NCBI RefSeq assembly: GCF_004010195.1
Contig: NC_057719.1
Coordinates: 14,952,269-15,016,268 of the forward strand
DNA from: Chiloscyllium plagiosum
Taxonomy: Eukaryota
Length of the DNA stretch: 64,000 nucleotides
Direction of reading: 5' to 3'
Shown one piece after another: positions 12,548 to 24,542 of this stretch (position 1 is the first letter of the stretch; every line of letters begins with the position of its first letter). A program made the position numbers and the translations under genes. A model generated the notes under the pieces. It made no database searches and had not been told where the DNA came from. It worked only from the letters and a program-made list of their open reading frames with translations.

Positions 12548-13424
12548 TTTAGTTAGCCAGAGCTTCCTGATTGGACCAGGTTAACAACCTCAATCAAGGA
12601 TGCCATAGTCAATAAGATCCACCAATCACTACAGTTGCAAATCAGTAATCAATCAGCTATTGTTGAGTTTAAAAAATGAAACATTCAGACCTGACCAGTA
12701 AGGATTAATCATTAAGGGTTAATTGGATATGACAATGACCATTTGAAATAAAGGGGAAACGTACATGAACAACAAACCCAATGTGAAACATAGCCCTTTT
12801 TGACTTGGGGATGGGGAGTGTGATTCTGCCTGACCTTAAGGGGCAGTGGGAACTGTCTGCTTCTGCAGTTTACATGGGGCTGCCTGGACTTATTTCTCCA
12901 CACATATTTGAGGGCTGGAGAAGTACTGAAGTTATGACAAAATGGGGATTCAGCACATAACCTGAGAGACAAAGTAGTATTAATAGCAGGGACTTTACCC
13001 TGCTCATTGGACTTCAGACCATCAGGCTGGGGTTGATGTGACAGGTGCTGTGGACTCTGAGATTGAGCTCTGAATACCATTGTCACCAAAATCCCCAATG
13101 GATAAAATGGGAGACTCATTTGTTTATCGCAGTTGTTCAACTTGGTAAGTTTAGAATATAGATGTATATTATAACCCAACAATTCACATATGTATTATAA
13201 CCCAACAAATTAGCCATATATTGAAGTTCACATGTTTTTGTCTAGTTATTTTGATCAGACCTTAAAGAACTTGTTAGATACTTTCAGTCTAACAGTAGAA
13301 ACAGTCAACAGCATCTTACGGAACTTATCAAAATCAAATCATGATACCATTATCTGGAGTGATAATTAGTGTTGCTAGTGTTGAAAAGCCTCTACTGTCC
13401 TAGTGGACTTCCTTCCCTATGACC

Positions 13425-13700
13425 ATGGAACAACATAAGGCCATTCGGCCCTTCAATCCTGTTCCACCATTCAGTAACATCGCAGCTGATCTTATTTTAA
13501 CCCCAACTCTACAATCCTGCATTTCCCCAATAATTCTTTCAACTCAAGAATCTATCTCCTTCTGTCTTGAACATATTTAAAGGTCCTACATTCATTGCCT
13601 TTTGAGGAAGGGAGTTCCAAAAATTCACAACACTGAGAAAACATCATCTTTTTTAAACAGGTATTCCCATTTTTTTTAAACAATGACTAGATTATCCCAC
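13425..13700 (-). mobile_element. Old CR1/L2 3' end
   Basis: ggccattcggccc...ccaccattcagtaacatc resembles the reverse complement of the CR1 3' UTRs at 31690-31780 and 48900-48990. Confidence 0.65.
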
Positions 13701-13754
13701 AAGATTGGAGACTATCTCACAAGCTTCTCCCATATCCTTTCTCCATACACGCAG

Positions 13755-14217
13755 TCAAACAAAACAGAATTTATTTACACACTAACCAAAAAAACCCGAT
13801 TTAGAATAACATAATTATTTAAAAACCCACCGACATGAAAAGCAACGTAACAAAGAGCTGTTCCAATTTCCTGCAACATCCCATAAACACACCTATGGCA
13901 AAAGAGTAAATTCAAACACAGGTTCTTACAGGAGAGAGATTTCAGAGACAGTGAGGATCAGCATGGAGCCGTTTCTTTGGGTCTGCAATTAAAACCTACA
14001 CAAAAATAGAAAGAATCCTGAACTGGGAGAACTGGCCACTCCCCCTTCATTGTGCAAGTGCATTTTTAAAAAAACCTGAACGCCTTTTCTGATTGTTAAC
14101 GTAGGCAGCATCATTATTAAAGTAGCCAGTTCAAACATTTCAGCACCTCTGCCTTTACAATCCCTTTCAAAAAAAACAAAGACAGAATAACCTTGTTAAA
14201 GGAGCAGTATCACCACA
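13755..14217 (-). mobile_element. Partial LTR, same family as 23878-24542
   Basis: Minus strand tgtggtgatactgctcctttaacaaggttattctgtctttg and aataaattctgttttgttt match that LTR. Confidence 0.75.
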
Positions 14218-14399
14218 TAACATAGGTTCCTCCTTTCTACTCTTGTAAACAAACAAAAATTTGGTTAAATATCCCCTGGTGGAGTACTGTGACAAAAATG
14301 CAAATGAATGGTTAGCAGAAACTCAGATGACAAAAAGGAAACTAAAAGAGATCATGATAATGATGTCTGGAATAATAATGCTCTCCAGCTCTTTTCATA

Positions 14400-14750
14400 C
14401 CTACTAGTCTCTGAAGGTTTATATCGGGCTGGTGAGCACTGCATGCTCTATCTCCAAGGACACCCGAGTGTGGATGTTACCACAAAGCAAGGGCAGACAG
14501 TCAGGCATAATGACCCCATGCACAGCGCCCTCCCCCCCCCGCTAGTTAATGGTCACTTTGGCCAGGCCTATGAACAGAACCACAAAGAGGCTTTCTGATT
14601 TGCTCCCCCCCCCCGCCCCCCAACAACTACACTCCCCGTACAAGGTGCGGTTTCCACTGATTAGAGGCATGGGGATGAACTCCAGCCAAAAATGTAAAAG
14701 CTGCCCTCATAAGAAACTAAACAAGGGCTACGCACAAACACGTTCAAAAT
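14400..14750 (-). mobile_element. Divergent Tx1-like ORF2 C-terminal fragment
   Basis: Aligns by eye to 9660-9940 (cactgcatgctc..tccaaggacacc..ggccaggcc..ggcatgggg..cagccaaaa). Confidence 0.65.
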
Positions 14751-14944
14751 AAAATCTTTTTTTCTGGACTATATTGAAGGGGCCTGTTCTGTTAACAGTA
14801 GTAGAGGGCAAATCACTAATGTGTGTTAAATAGCAAAGGTACTTGCCTTAATAAAGTGTGTTGTTTATTGGGTGATAGCAACAGGTACCAAGTAACATTG
14901 GCTAATGACACCTAACAGGAGTCAGAGATGACCCCTGTTCTGAG

Positions 14945-15193
14945 AGTTTCAAGGAAGGGTCACTCAACCTGAAACATTAACTCTGATCTCTCTCCACAGG
15001 TGTTTCCAGATCTGCTGAGCTTTTCCAGTCATTTCTGTTTTTGTTTCTGATTTACAGCATCTGCAGTTCTTTCATTTTTTATCAGAGATGACCTTGGATG
15101 ATGGAGTTGAGAGTGTGTTGCTGGAAAAGCACAGCAGGTCAGGCAGCATCCGAGGAGCAGGAAAATTTGAAATGGCTGATGAAGGGTTCCAGA
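14945..15193. mobile_element. Two adjacent PLE terminal fragments
   Basis: 14945-15075 holds a decayed hammerhead (gaagggtcactcaacctgaaacatta). 15106-15193 is flanked by the 12-bp TSD ttggatgatgga (15094-15105, 15194-15205). Confidence 0.7.
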
Positions 15194-15782
15194 TTGGATG
15201 ATGGACTCTAGAACTATGCTCCTCAATTCTTCACCTAAGACCACATGGCATCATTCAGTACAGTCTCTAATATTAACTATTTCAGAACATGGCATTACAC
15301 CACAAAGTTCTAATGTACCCACCTAGAGCTCTGAGAAATGCCAGTGGGACACTTAATTGTGCAGGAGGCGAATTTTCTTGTTTCCTGGATGCGAATTAAA
15401 TGTTTCCTATTACGTTATCAAAATGTTCAGATGGGTTGGGTTTCCTGGCCATAATCAGCAGGAATCTGTTTTACATTTATTAACACATCATGAATACTGA
15501 TTAAGATAGCAGCCCACTGAAATTGTGTTCACAAACACAACCTTGGTAGTCAAAAATGGAAAATATATCAGTTCACAATCCCGAATGTACCCTGAAAAGA
15601 TTTATGCCTCACATGCATGCATGTTTCTCCAAGGTCCAGTGAGTACAAATATTTTCAATAACTTCGCCCTGTCAGAAAAGAGATTGTGCATAAACACATA
15701 CAGTGTTAGGATTGAAGCCTCTCCAAGACCATGACTATATTGATCAGCTCATGAAAAGTCTCAGTCATGTGCAGTTGACTTT

Positions 15783-16165
15783 GAACAAAGAACAAAGAAA
15801 ATTGTAGCACAGGAACAGACCCTTCAGCCCTTCAAGCCTGAGGTAAACCGTATCCTCTATCTAAACCTGTCACCTATTTTCTAAGGATCTGTATCCCATT
15901 CCTCCCTGTCCATTCATGTATCTGTCTAGATACATGTTAAATGATGTTATTGTGCCCGCCGCTACCACCTCTGCTGGCAAAGCATTCCAGGCACCCTCTG
16001 CGTAAAGAACTTTCCATGCATATCTTCCTTAAACCTTTCCCTCTCACCTGAACTCATAACCCCTAGTAATTGAGTCTCCTGCTCTGGGAAAAAGCTTCTT
16101 GCAATCCACCTTGTCTATACCTTTAATGGTTTTGTAGACCTCAGTCAGGTCCCCCGCTCAACCTC
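15783..16165 (-). mobile_element. CR1 3' end
   Basis: (gaacaaa)n tail followed by the reverse of a CR1 ORF2 end/3' UTR. Confidence 0.8.
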
Positions 16166-16174
16166 CTTTGGTGT

Positions 16175-16428
16175 TTTTTTTTTAGATGATTTACAGTGTG
16201 GAAACAGGCCCTTCAGCCCAACAAGTCCACACCGACCGCCGAAGCGCAACCCACCCAGACCCATTCCCCTACATTTACCTCTTCACCTAACACTACGGGC
16301 AATTTAGCATGGCCAATTCTCCTAACCTGTACAATTTTGGACAGTGGGAGGAAACCGGAGCACCCGGAGGAAACCCACGCAGACACGGGGAGAATGTGCA
16401 AACTCCACACAGTTAGTCGCCTGAGGCT
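16175..16428 (-). mobile_element. HE1/V-SINE-like SINE, 5'-truncated
   Basis: cacccggaggaaacccacgcagacacggggagaatgtgcaaactccacac core. Confidence 0.88.
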
Positions 16429-16537
16429 TTAAATACTTAAAGCGTTAGGAGTGAAGTCTGTACTGTGGGGAGTGCTGGTTGGTTTATTGTGCAGCAGCTC
16501 CCTGGTTCTGACACTGGACTTATGTGGTGAGATGTGG

Positions 16538-18152
16538 TGTGGTGGAAAACACAGGAGACAGATGCTTCAAAGGCAGAGGAAACTCGGATTTTCTTAAAGC
16601 AAGCAAAATGTGTACAATAACTGGAAAAGAAAATGAATATTTTTTTTAAAAACCCAATCTTATGGATCAAGCAAAGTGAGACTTATCTGACACAGCCACC
16701 TAGCTACCCAGTTAACCCTTACAACCCTGACTTGGTAGTGTGGGTTTAAAATTACAGAGAGCTGTTAATTATTGGGTGAGAGGGGAAAGGGGAGAATGAG
16801 AGAGAAAATGCTAATCCTGGGGTCTTGTCCAGGGTGCCCTGCACCGTTAGCCCACCCTTCCTACTCTATCCAACTGAGCTGGGACAGAGGGCCTCAATGA
16901 CCTTATGCTCACCCCTGAAGTGGCTTCTGTCAGCTCGGACGGTGGTGGGTTTCACTGACACTGCCCAAGTCGGTATCTCAGCTCCCCAGTCGCTTCCCGT
17001 CTGTATGTGGAGGTTTGCGATTGAAAAGATCGTTTATTCTCATTCTTTTCCTGAGTCTATCAATGGTTACAGTCCGACTCACTGCGACTGGCTGTGTTTG
17101 ATTCTCTCCACTCTGGCCAAACCTCTCGCTGAATCCAACCTCCCTTCGAGATTTGGGCTCCCCAGTTATACTGACTGCCGGTTCTCCATTTCTCCTGCCA
17201 AATCTGGGTTTGATTACTGAGCTTAAGAGTGTGATGCTGAAAAAGCACAGCCAGTCAGGCAGCATCCAAGGAGCAGGAAAATCGACGTTTCGAGCCAAAG
17301 CTGATTGCTGAGCTGTTGTTCCTCCTCTCCAGGGTTAAATGAGCCTCCTGATTATTAGATGAGGTGTAAATAGTTCTTTAGTTAAAGTGAATGACAGTTC
17401 TGAATGTCCAGTATTTCTCTTTGATGGATGTAGGTTAAAGCTTTCCTAATAGTGTAGGGCCAGGTTTTCAATGTAAAACAATGGTGTGAAATGTTCAGTA
17501 TCTCTGTTTAAAAGTTGAATGGCTTTGTATGTTTTTGTTGGCTCCAGAATGTCTCAGTTGTTTCCTCTGCAGGCTGGTGTTCCTTGTCTTCAGCTGAGGT
17601 GTTTGTGGGGGTCTTCGTTTAGCTTTACAATCTAAGGCTGTGTTCAGACAGCTGCCCCTAGGCTTGCATATTGCATGCTAAACCCCTGTTCAGACAGCTG
17701 CCCCTAGGCTTGCATATTGCATGCTAATCCCCTGTTCAGACAGCTGCCCCTAGGCTTGCATATTGCATGCTAAACTCCTGTTCAGACACCTGCCCCTAGG
17801 CTTGCATATTGCATGCTAATCCCCTGTTCAGACAGCTGCCCCTAGGCTTGCATATTGCATGATAATCCCCTGTTCAGACACCTGCCCCTAGGCTTGCATA
17901 TTGCATGCTAATCCCATGTTCGGACAGCTGCCCCTAGGCTTGCATATTGCATGCTAAACCCCTGTTCAGACAGCTGCCCCTCAGCTTGCATATTGCATGC
18001 TAAACCCCTGTTCGGACAGCTACCCCTAGGCAGCTCTTTCACCCAGAGAACTCAGTGACTCTCAGTTCAAATGTGAATTCCACAAACTCATGTCCCAAGT
18101 TCAGAGGGTTTTAGTCCAGGGTATCTGATGGGGATTTTTGCCCCACCTTACA
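16538..18152 (-). mobile_element. Putative solo LTR containing a VNTR and a PLE fragment (17224-17301)
   Basis: TG...CA ends with near-matching 4-bp flanks (gtgg/gggg). The internal PLE piece has TSD tgatt(a/g)ctgagct at 17211-17223 and 17302-17314. Confidence 0.4.
17641..18030. repeat. 46-bp minisatellite, ~8.5 copies
   Basis: Unit tgttcagacagctgcccctaggcttgcatattgcatgctaa(a/t)cccc starts at 17641, 17687, 17733, 17779, 17825, 17871, 17917, 17963 and 18009 (partial). Confidence 0.97.
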
Positions 18153-18299
18153 GGGGAACAAGCCTACCCAAGTGAGGCAGCTGCTCTGGCTGACACCAGC
18201 AAACATGACCAAGGCAGACAAGTAGGCCTGAGCTCAGAAGGGAGCTCAACTCAAAAGGCCACCTTTTGTCATTGCATCCTTGTCCCCTACAAGCCTTTA

Positions 18300-19380
18300 A
18301 CAACAAGCTATTAGACCTCTCTGTTCTCCTAGTTGTGATGCGAGGTCAATGAGTTGACAGTGGATGTGCTGTTGTTCCTTCATTGCTTTAATTGTTGACC
18401 CTGGTGAATATGTGAGAGGTAGTTCCGTTGTGGTGCCATAAGCACTATATTGTTTGGGGCAATGAAGTGTAGAATTGATTGCACATGAAGCATCTGATGG
18501 AGATGCCTGGCACCCACATTTGCGTGCGATTGTCCTCTGCAGTAGCAACTTTACGATGTTAACTCTGTCTGCAGGAAGTATAAAGTATTGGGCAAAATGT
18601 ACCCAGGTTCTGAACAACATGATCTGTGGTGAGAAATTTGGGAGAATCGTGTGAGATGTCAATTTCCCAATATCAGGACCGAAGAGTCGATTTTTCAACC
18701 AAGGCACAGATGATGAAGATGAGATTTCTGCTAGTAAGTGGTGAGAGACTTACTAATGGGGATTTGCACACATCAATACCTTCACTACAATCTAATCCTG
18801 CCTGATTAATACGCAGGCTCCCATTCTTCGCATCCACTGGGTAGAAACTGGACGCCATGAATTCTCCACATGCAAGTCAGAACAAGTACCTGGCAATTCC
18901 AGCTCACCATTCGCTTTCCGGATCTCAACCTTGCAAACCCAGCACCATCATCTCAGGGCACACTATATGGGCAGAGGGTCCTTGCACCCTAAGTCCATGG
19001 ATAAGGCATGTGATAGTGCAAGTTCCTCTATGCCATTGTCGCAATCCATTTACAGTACACTTCTATACTGCCATGCTGCACTGCCTCAGTACCTTCTGCT
19101 GCAATGTCATTGCAAGGATGCTTTATGCACAAGGATGTACGTACAGCTCAGGACAGGACCAGGGTGCAGCACGTTCTCTGAGTGCTCGCTCACGTCCCAC
19201 TGACCTGGATTCTCACCACATTCTTGCTATGCGTTTTAGTGTTTCGCTCCCCTTCCCCAAACCCCCTCAGCCACACTTTAAAGGGTCACAGAACAAAGGC
19301 ACAAACTAATCGAATGCACACCCACTATCTGTGGCAAAGCCTACGCAACATAATGGGATACATAATGAAGCAGAACAAAA
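18300..19380 (-). mobile_element. Possible highly decayed Gypsy pol remnant
   Basis: ILAMTLQQKVLRQ near 19060-19125 resembles the segment before the integrase zinc finger; weak. Confidence 0.3.
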
Positions 19381-19390
19381 TAGCGGACAG

Positions 19391-21048
19391 AAACACATGA
19401 TGTGCTCAGCACTTTCTGTGCTCGGTTCGAGCAGAATGCCAGCAGCAGGGTGTCTCCTGCCCCGACAGCACCAGACGCACCTGATCCCTCTGTCACCGCG
19501 GCAGACATCAGATCGGTCTTCCTGAGTGGAAACCCAAGGAAAGCGTCTGGCCCTGACGGAGTCCTCGGCCATGCACTCAGACCCTGTGAGGACCAGTTGG
19601 CGGAAGCATTCACTGACATCACTCTCCCTCCTACAAGCCAAACTCCCCACCTACTTCAAGAAGACTACTATCTACCCCATACCTAAGAAAGCACATGTAA
19701 AGTAGCTTAACAACTACCGCCTGGTTGCTGTGACCTCAATACTCGTGAAGTGCTTCGAAAGGCTGGTCATTGTCCATATCAAGTCCAGTCTCCCGGCCTG
19801 CCTTGATCCCCTTCGATTTGCCTACCGATGAAACAAATCCACAGCGGATGCCATGTCCCTAGACCTGTACTCATCCCTGGATTATCTGGCTAGCGAGGAT
19901 ACCTCTGTCAGACTGCAGCTCATCGACTACAGCTCCGCCTTTAACACCATAATCCCTACCAGACTCATCTCAAAACTCCGAAGCCTAGATCTCGGATCCA
20001 CCCTCGGCAACTGGATCCTCAGCTTCCTGACCTACAGACCGCAATCAGTGAAGATAGGAAACTGCACATCTTCCACAATAACACTCTACACTGGGGCTCC
20101 CAAAGGAGTGTTCTCAGCCCCCTATTGTACTCCCTGTACACCCACAACTGTTTAGCAAAATTCCAAATGAACGCATCTACATGTTTGCTGATGACACCAC
20201 CATGTTAGGGTGGATAGTAAACAACAATGCGTCAGAATACAGAAAGGAGATAGAGGACTCAGTGACATGGTGCAATGATAACAACCTCTCTCGCAATGTC
20301 GGCAAAACAAAATAATTAATCATTGACTTCAGGAAGAAAGGAGGAGAACACTCCTCCATTAACATCAGGGGAGCTGAGGTGGAGAGGGTTCAGAGCATCA
20401 AGTTCCTGAGAGTGACAGTAACTGACAACCTGGCCTGGACTTCCCATGCAGATGCGACGGTCAAGAAGGCACAACAACGCCTCTTCTTCCTCAGGAGGCT
20501 AAGAAAATTCAGCATGTCCATAAGGGCCCACACCAACTTTTATAGATACACTATGGAAAGCATACTGTCTGGGTGTATAACAACCTGCTACAGCATTTGC
20601 TCTGCCCAGCACTGTAAGAAACTACAGAAAGTTATGTGCACAGCCCAGACCATTGTGGAAACCAACTTCAGACACAGACTCCATTTGCATTTCTCATTGC
20701 TGCAGAAAGGTTGCCAACATCATTAAAGACGCTTCCCACCCCAATAATGCTATCCTATAACCTTTTCCATCAGGCAGAAGATGCAGAAGCTTGAACATAT
20801 GCACAACAGGTTCAAGAACAGCTTCTTCCCCGGTATTATGGACCTTTCTAATTTCAAATAATGTTGCTCTTGCTTGGTGTACCTCCTATGCAGCCATAAC
20901 CTGTATGCCTCACTCTGTCTGAGCATCCTATGTTCCTGTACATCCTTGTTTGCTATGATCTGCCTGTACTGCTTACAAAACAAAACATTTCACTGTACTT
21001 AGGTACATGTGGCTATAATAACTCAAATCAAATCCAATTAAATCTAAA
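19391..21048 (+). mobile_element. Rex1/Babar-clade LINE, 5'-truncated and degenerate
   Basis: NPRKASGPDGV, DYSSAFNTIIP, MFADDTT, KKAQQRLFFLRRLRKF, ESILSGCIT; (caaat)n-like tail. Confidence 0.88.
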
Positions 21049-21145
21049 CGGAACTTCTGTGTTGCCTTGCAGTTTAGTGCAGACACAGAAATTTTAGAGA
21101 TTAAGAGTACAACTTCAGTTTCAAGCTCTGATGCAAAGCAGCTGG

Positions 21146-21445
21146 TTCACAGAGGAGAAGCCATTCACTTGCTCCAAATGTGGGAAGGGTTTCAGTAAAT
21201 TATGCAACCCTGCAGCGGCACTGGTAAGTTCAATCAGGGGAGAAGCCATTCACCTGTCCCCAGTAGGGAAAAGGATTCAATTAGCCATTCAGCCTGCTGA
21301 GTCACCAGTTCTACTCAGTGTCTGTCGGAGGGGATTCATTTGTTTTACAAACTTGCTGAGACACCACAAAGGTTATATGGGGAAAAGACCTTTTAACTGC
21401 CCAAATTGCAGTAAATGCTATAAAAGCTCAGGGGAACTAAGAATA
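21146..21445 (+). pseudogene. Degenerate C2H2 zinc-finger array fragment (about 4 partial fingers)
   Basis: TEEKPFTCSKCGKGF, GEKPFTCPQ*GKGF, GKRPFNCPNCSKCYKSSGEL; contains stops and frameshifts. Confidence 0.75.
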
Positions 21446-21449
21446 TTTC

Positions 21450-22312
21450 GAGAGGCTGCTGCAGTGATGAAGGCGGTGTGGTCAATTCCTCACAGCCATT
21501 TTGACTGCATCCTGGTGGGTCCTGCAGAGTGGTGGTCTGCATGTTGGTGGCGTCTTTGGCTATGAGGTGGGTTTGATCTGGGATTCCAATGTCAGTATGG
21601 CAGTTTCTCAGCTTCTCAGTGAGGCCTCAGTGTGAACTTCCAGCCTCGGAATGGTTCTTGAGTAGTCTCCCAGCCTTGAGAGCCTCAAGATGAAGCCTGG
21701 TACAGTCTGGAGTCAAGATGCGGCGCAGACTAGAGGCTAGGTGTCAGCGCGGACTGGGTTGGAAGAACTATTATTCTGAATGTTTTATCTTCACTATTTT
21801 TCTAAATTTTTCCCTCATAGTTTGTAGTTAAGAATCTGTACCTAAGTACCTTGGTACCTAAGATGGTGCCATTAGGGGCGATTTGTCATTTTTCACTATA
21901 TTCATTTGCGTACATGCGACAATAAAGTTAATTCGAATTCGAATTCCCTGAGGCAGTATCTGCAGCATCTTCTGGCTTGGGGTTCCAAAGGCTTGGCATG
22001 GTGGTCTGCTTCAACAGCAGCTTTGGTGTCAAATGGGTTCTTGAGGGTGGCTTCTGCAACACCTTCATTGGCATGGTGGTCTGGCCTGAGAATCTGTGGC
22101 TTCTATGCCAGCTTTCTGCAGCGGTGAAGAAAGCAAGTCCTGTCTTTTTATTGACCTTGGGAACTCATGGGCTGTGAATTGCACAAAGATGACCATTGTC
22201 TTAATTTTATTTATATACGGGTTCCGCTTTTAATATGGTGCCTTAAAGCTTTTCACTACATTTTTTGTGAAAATACAAGTGACAATAAATAACTATTCTA
22301 TTCTATTCTGAT
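21450..22312 (+). mobile_element. Two tandem non-coding retroposon fragments with Rex1-like 3' tails
   Basis: Both end tttcacta...(g/a)taca(t/a)g(c/t)gacaataaa plus a microsatellite (gaattc / ctatt), like the tail at 20987-21048. Confidence 0.5.
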
Positions 22313-22434
22313 TCAGTTACCAGTGGTTATAGAAAAAGGCTCAGGTCAAGCTTAATGGGGTGAAATTGGTTGAGAAGGTTTTCCTCATGCACTCAACATT
22401 TTTCATTTAGAAAACAGCTTGCCTGAGTGAAGTC

Positions 22435-22991
22435 AAAAATCACACAACACTAGGTTAAAGCCCAACAGGTTTATTAGGAAGCACTTGCTTTCAGAGCTCT
22501 GCTCCTTCATCAGGTGGTTTCAGAGTATAAGATCCTAAGACACAGAATTTATAGCAAAAGTTTACAGTGTGATGTAACTGGAATTATATATTGAAAAAGA
22601 CCTGGATTATTTGTTAAGTCTCTCATCTTTTAGAATGACCACGTTGGTTTCATCGCTTTAATATGTAAACAGCAAAACGTTTTTAAAAGTTACATTCTCA
22701 AGTGAACTTTTTAAAAAGGTTTTGCGATTTACCTATGAAAGAATTGAAACAAACATGGTCATTCTAAAAGATGAGAGACTTAACAAACAATTCAGATCTT
22801 TCTCAATATATAATTTCAGTTACATCACACTGTAAATCTTTGCTATAAATTCTGAGTCTTACGATCTTATACTCCACAACCAACTGATGAAGGAGCAGCA
22901 CTCTGAATGCTAGTGCTTCCAAATAAACCTGTTGGACTATAACCAATGGTGTTGTGTGATTTTTAACTTTGTACACCCCATCTCCAAATCA
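22435..22991. mobile_element. PLE foldback insertion
   Basis: Long inverted repeat; 15-bp TSD tgcctgagtgaagtc at 22420-22434 and 22992-23006. Confidence 0.88.
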
Positions 22992-23877
22992 TGCCTGAGT
23001 GAAGTCCTAATTACATACCTGGAAGTCTTCCATGGAGGTGTAGGGACTACAGAGAAGATAAGGCCACCTTGCATGCTGACAAGGAAAATTTGTGATAATC
23101 GTGCACCACAAATTCTATTAGATCTGCTTTCAGAGGACAATTACACAATTCTGCAAGGCCTACTCAGTGCCATTTGCCTAGTGAGAAAAAGTTGAAACAG
23201 AAATCAGAAGGCTGGAAATTGAAGGAATCATCAAACCAATCCAGACTGGAGAATGGGCAGCACCAGTCAGATCAATTTTGAAGCCTGATGGTCAGTTCAC
23301 CTTTGTAGAAATTTCAAACAAACAGTAAAGCGCTTTTGTAGCTGGATAGCCAATCCCTCAGATAGAGGATTTGTCCATAGCTCTTGTAGGCGTGCAATCC
23401 TTCACAAAGTTGGACATGAGCCATGCTTACTTGCAATTGCCTTTCGACGAGACTTCCCAGAAATATGCTACAATTAATACCCATAAGGGCTTGTACCAAC
23501 ACTGCTATAAATCAAATTGATAACTGAGACTACCATTTGGGGCATGAAAGGGAAAGAAGGATTGGCTGCATTTAGGAAGTGGTACCAATACTTTCATGGA
23601 TGAAAATTTATGATAATCATCTATCCTACTAGATCTGCTTACAGAGGACAAAGCAGTGCTGCCCATAGCTTCAGGCCAAATTCAGCAATGGGCTCTAATA
23701 CTAAGTGCATATAATAAGGAGTTAGAAAACCGTCTGGGAGGCCAATTAGCGAATGTGGGCTCATTGAGCCACTTCTCATTCACAGATGCACCATTGATGG
23801 TACTCCCAGTGGAAGACTCAGTAATGATATGACATTTTTTGGACATGCTCCCAGTCACAGCTGAAAATTCAGACTTT

Positions 23878-24542
23878 TGTAATGATGCTGCTCCGTTAAC
23901 AAAGTTGTGCTGTCTTTGGTTTATGTTTTCAAAAGTGCTGTACGAGGCAGAGTTGCCAAGAGGTGTAGCTTAGATGAGTTTTCGGGCCAATTTGATTATA
24001 GCTAACAGATACTGCCTCAGAAAAAGGGTTTCAAGTTTTAAAAAAGACACTTGTACAATGAAAGGGGAATGGCCAGTTCTCCCAGTTCAGCTTTTCTGCA
24101 GTTTGGTTTGGTTTATAGTTTTGGGTTTTAGCAGTCTGACTGTTCAGAGAAATCGATCAGTCAGTTTTTTGAGGCTGTAGTAAAAGAAATAGCTCCATGC
24201 TGAATCACCCTGCTATCTCTGTCTCTCTGCTGTAAGACACTGTGTTTAATTTTACCTTTTTTGCTAAGTGGGGATTGTTGCAAGTATTTGGAACAGGATC
24301 ATTAAGATAGGATAGTCTGTTGGGTTTTTGGATAGGTTACGTTATACTACATTTTGCACTCTTTTGTTTTGTTTCATTTGGTAATCTTGTAAATAAATTC
24401 TGTTTTGTTTAAAACTAAATGGTTAGGCCAGCTGCATCGCTCCTGGAATATCCACTCTACACTGTCTTAAAACAAATAGCAAAATTAGAGTCCGGGCTAG
24501 TTCCTTGAAATGTTTTGAGGGGGTCTGGCCTGGTCCATAACA
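23878..24542 (+). mobile_element. Solo LTR (665 bp) inserted in the Gypsy pol remnant
   Basis: TGTAATG...CATAACA ends, internal AATAAA, 4-bp TSD cttt at 23874-23877 and 24543-24546. Confidence 0.88.

Larger units (their letters stand above)
8692..12633 (-). mobile_element. Gypsy-type solo LTR split by a ~3.7-kb insertion stack
   Basis: Minus strand begins tgtagtgatt (12633) and ends ttatttca (8692). Both halves (8692-8828, 12537-12633) match the LTR at 26134-26361. Confidence 0.8.

Noticed and set aside
8687..12638. TSD for the split solo LTR (gtaac / gttgc)
   Set aside because: Only 3 of 5 bases match; not used as evidence.
13047..13150. Exon candidate ending at a strong gtaagt donor
   Set aside because: Weak acceptor and unrecognised peptide; isolated splice-like motifs are expected by chance.
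17641..18030. CRISPR-like array
   Set aside because: Contiguous units with no unique spacers, no cas genes, vertebrate context; it is a minisatellite.
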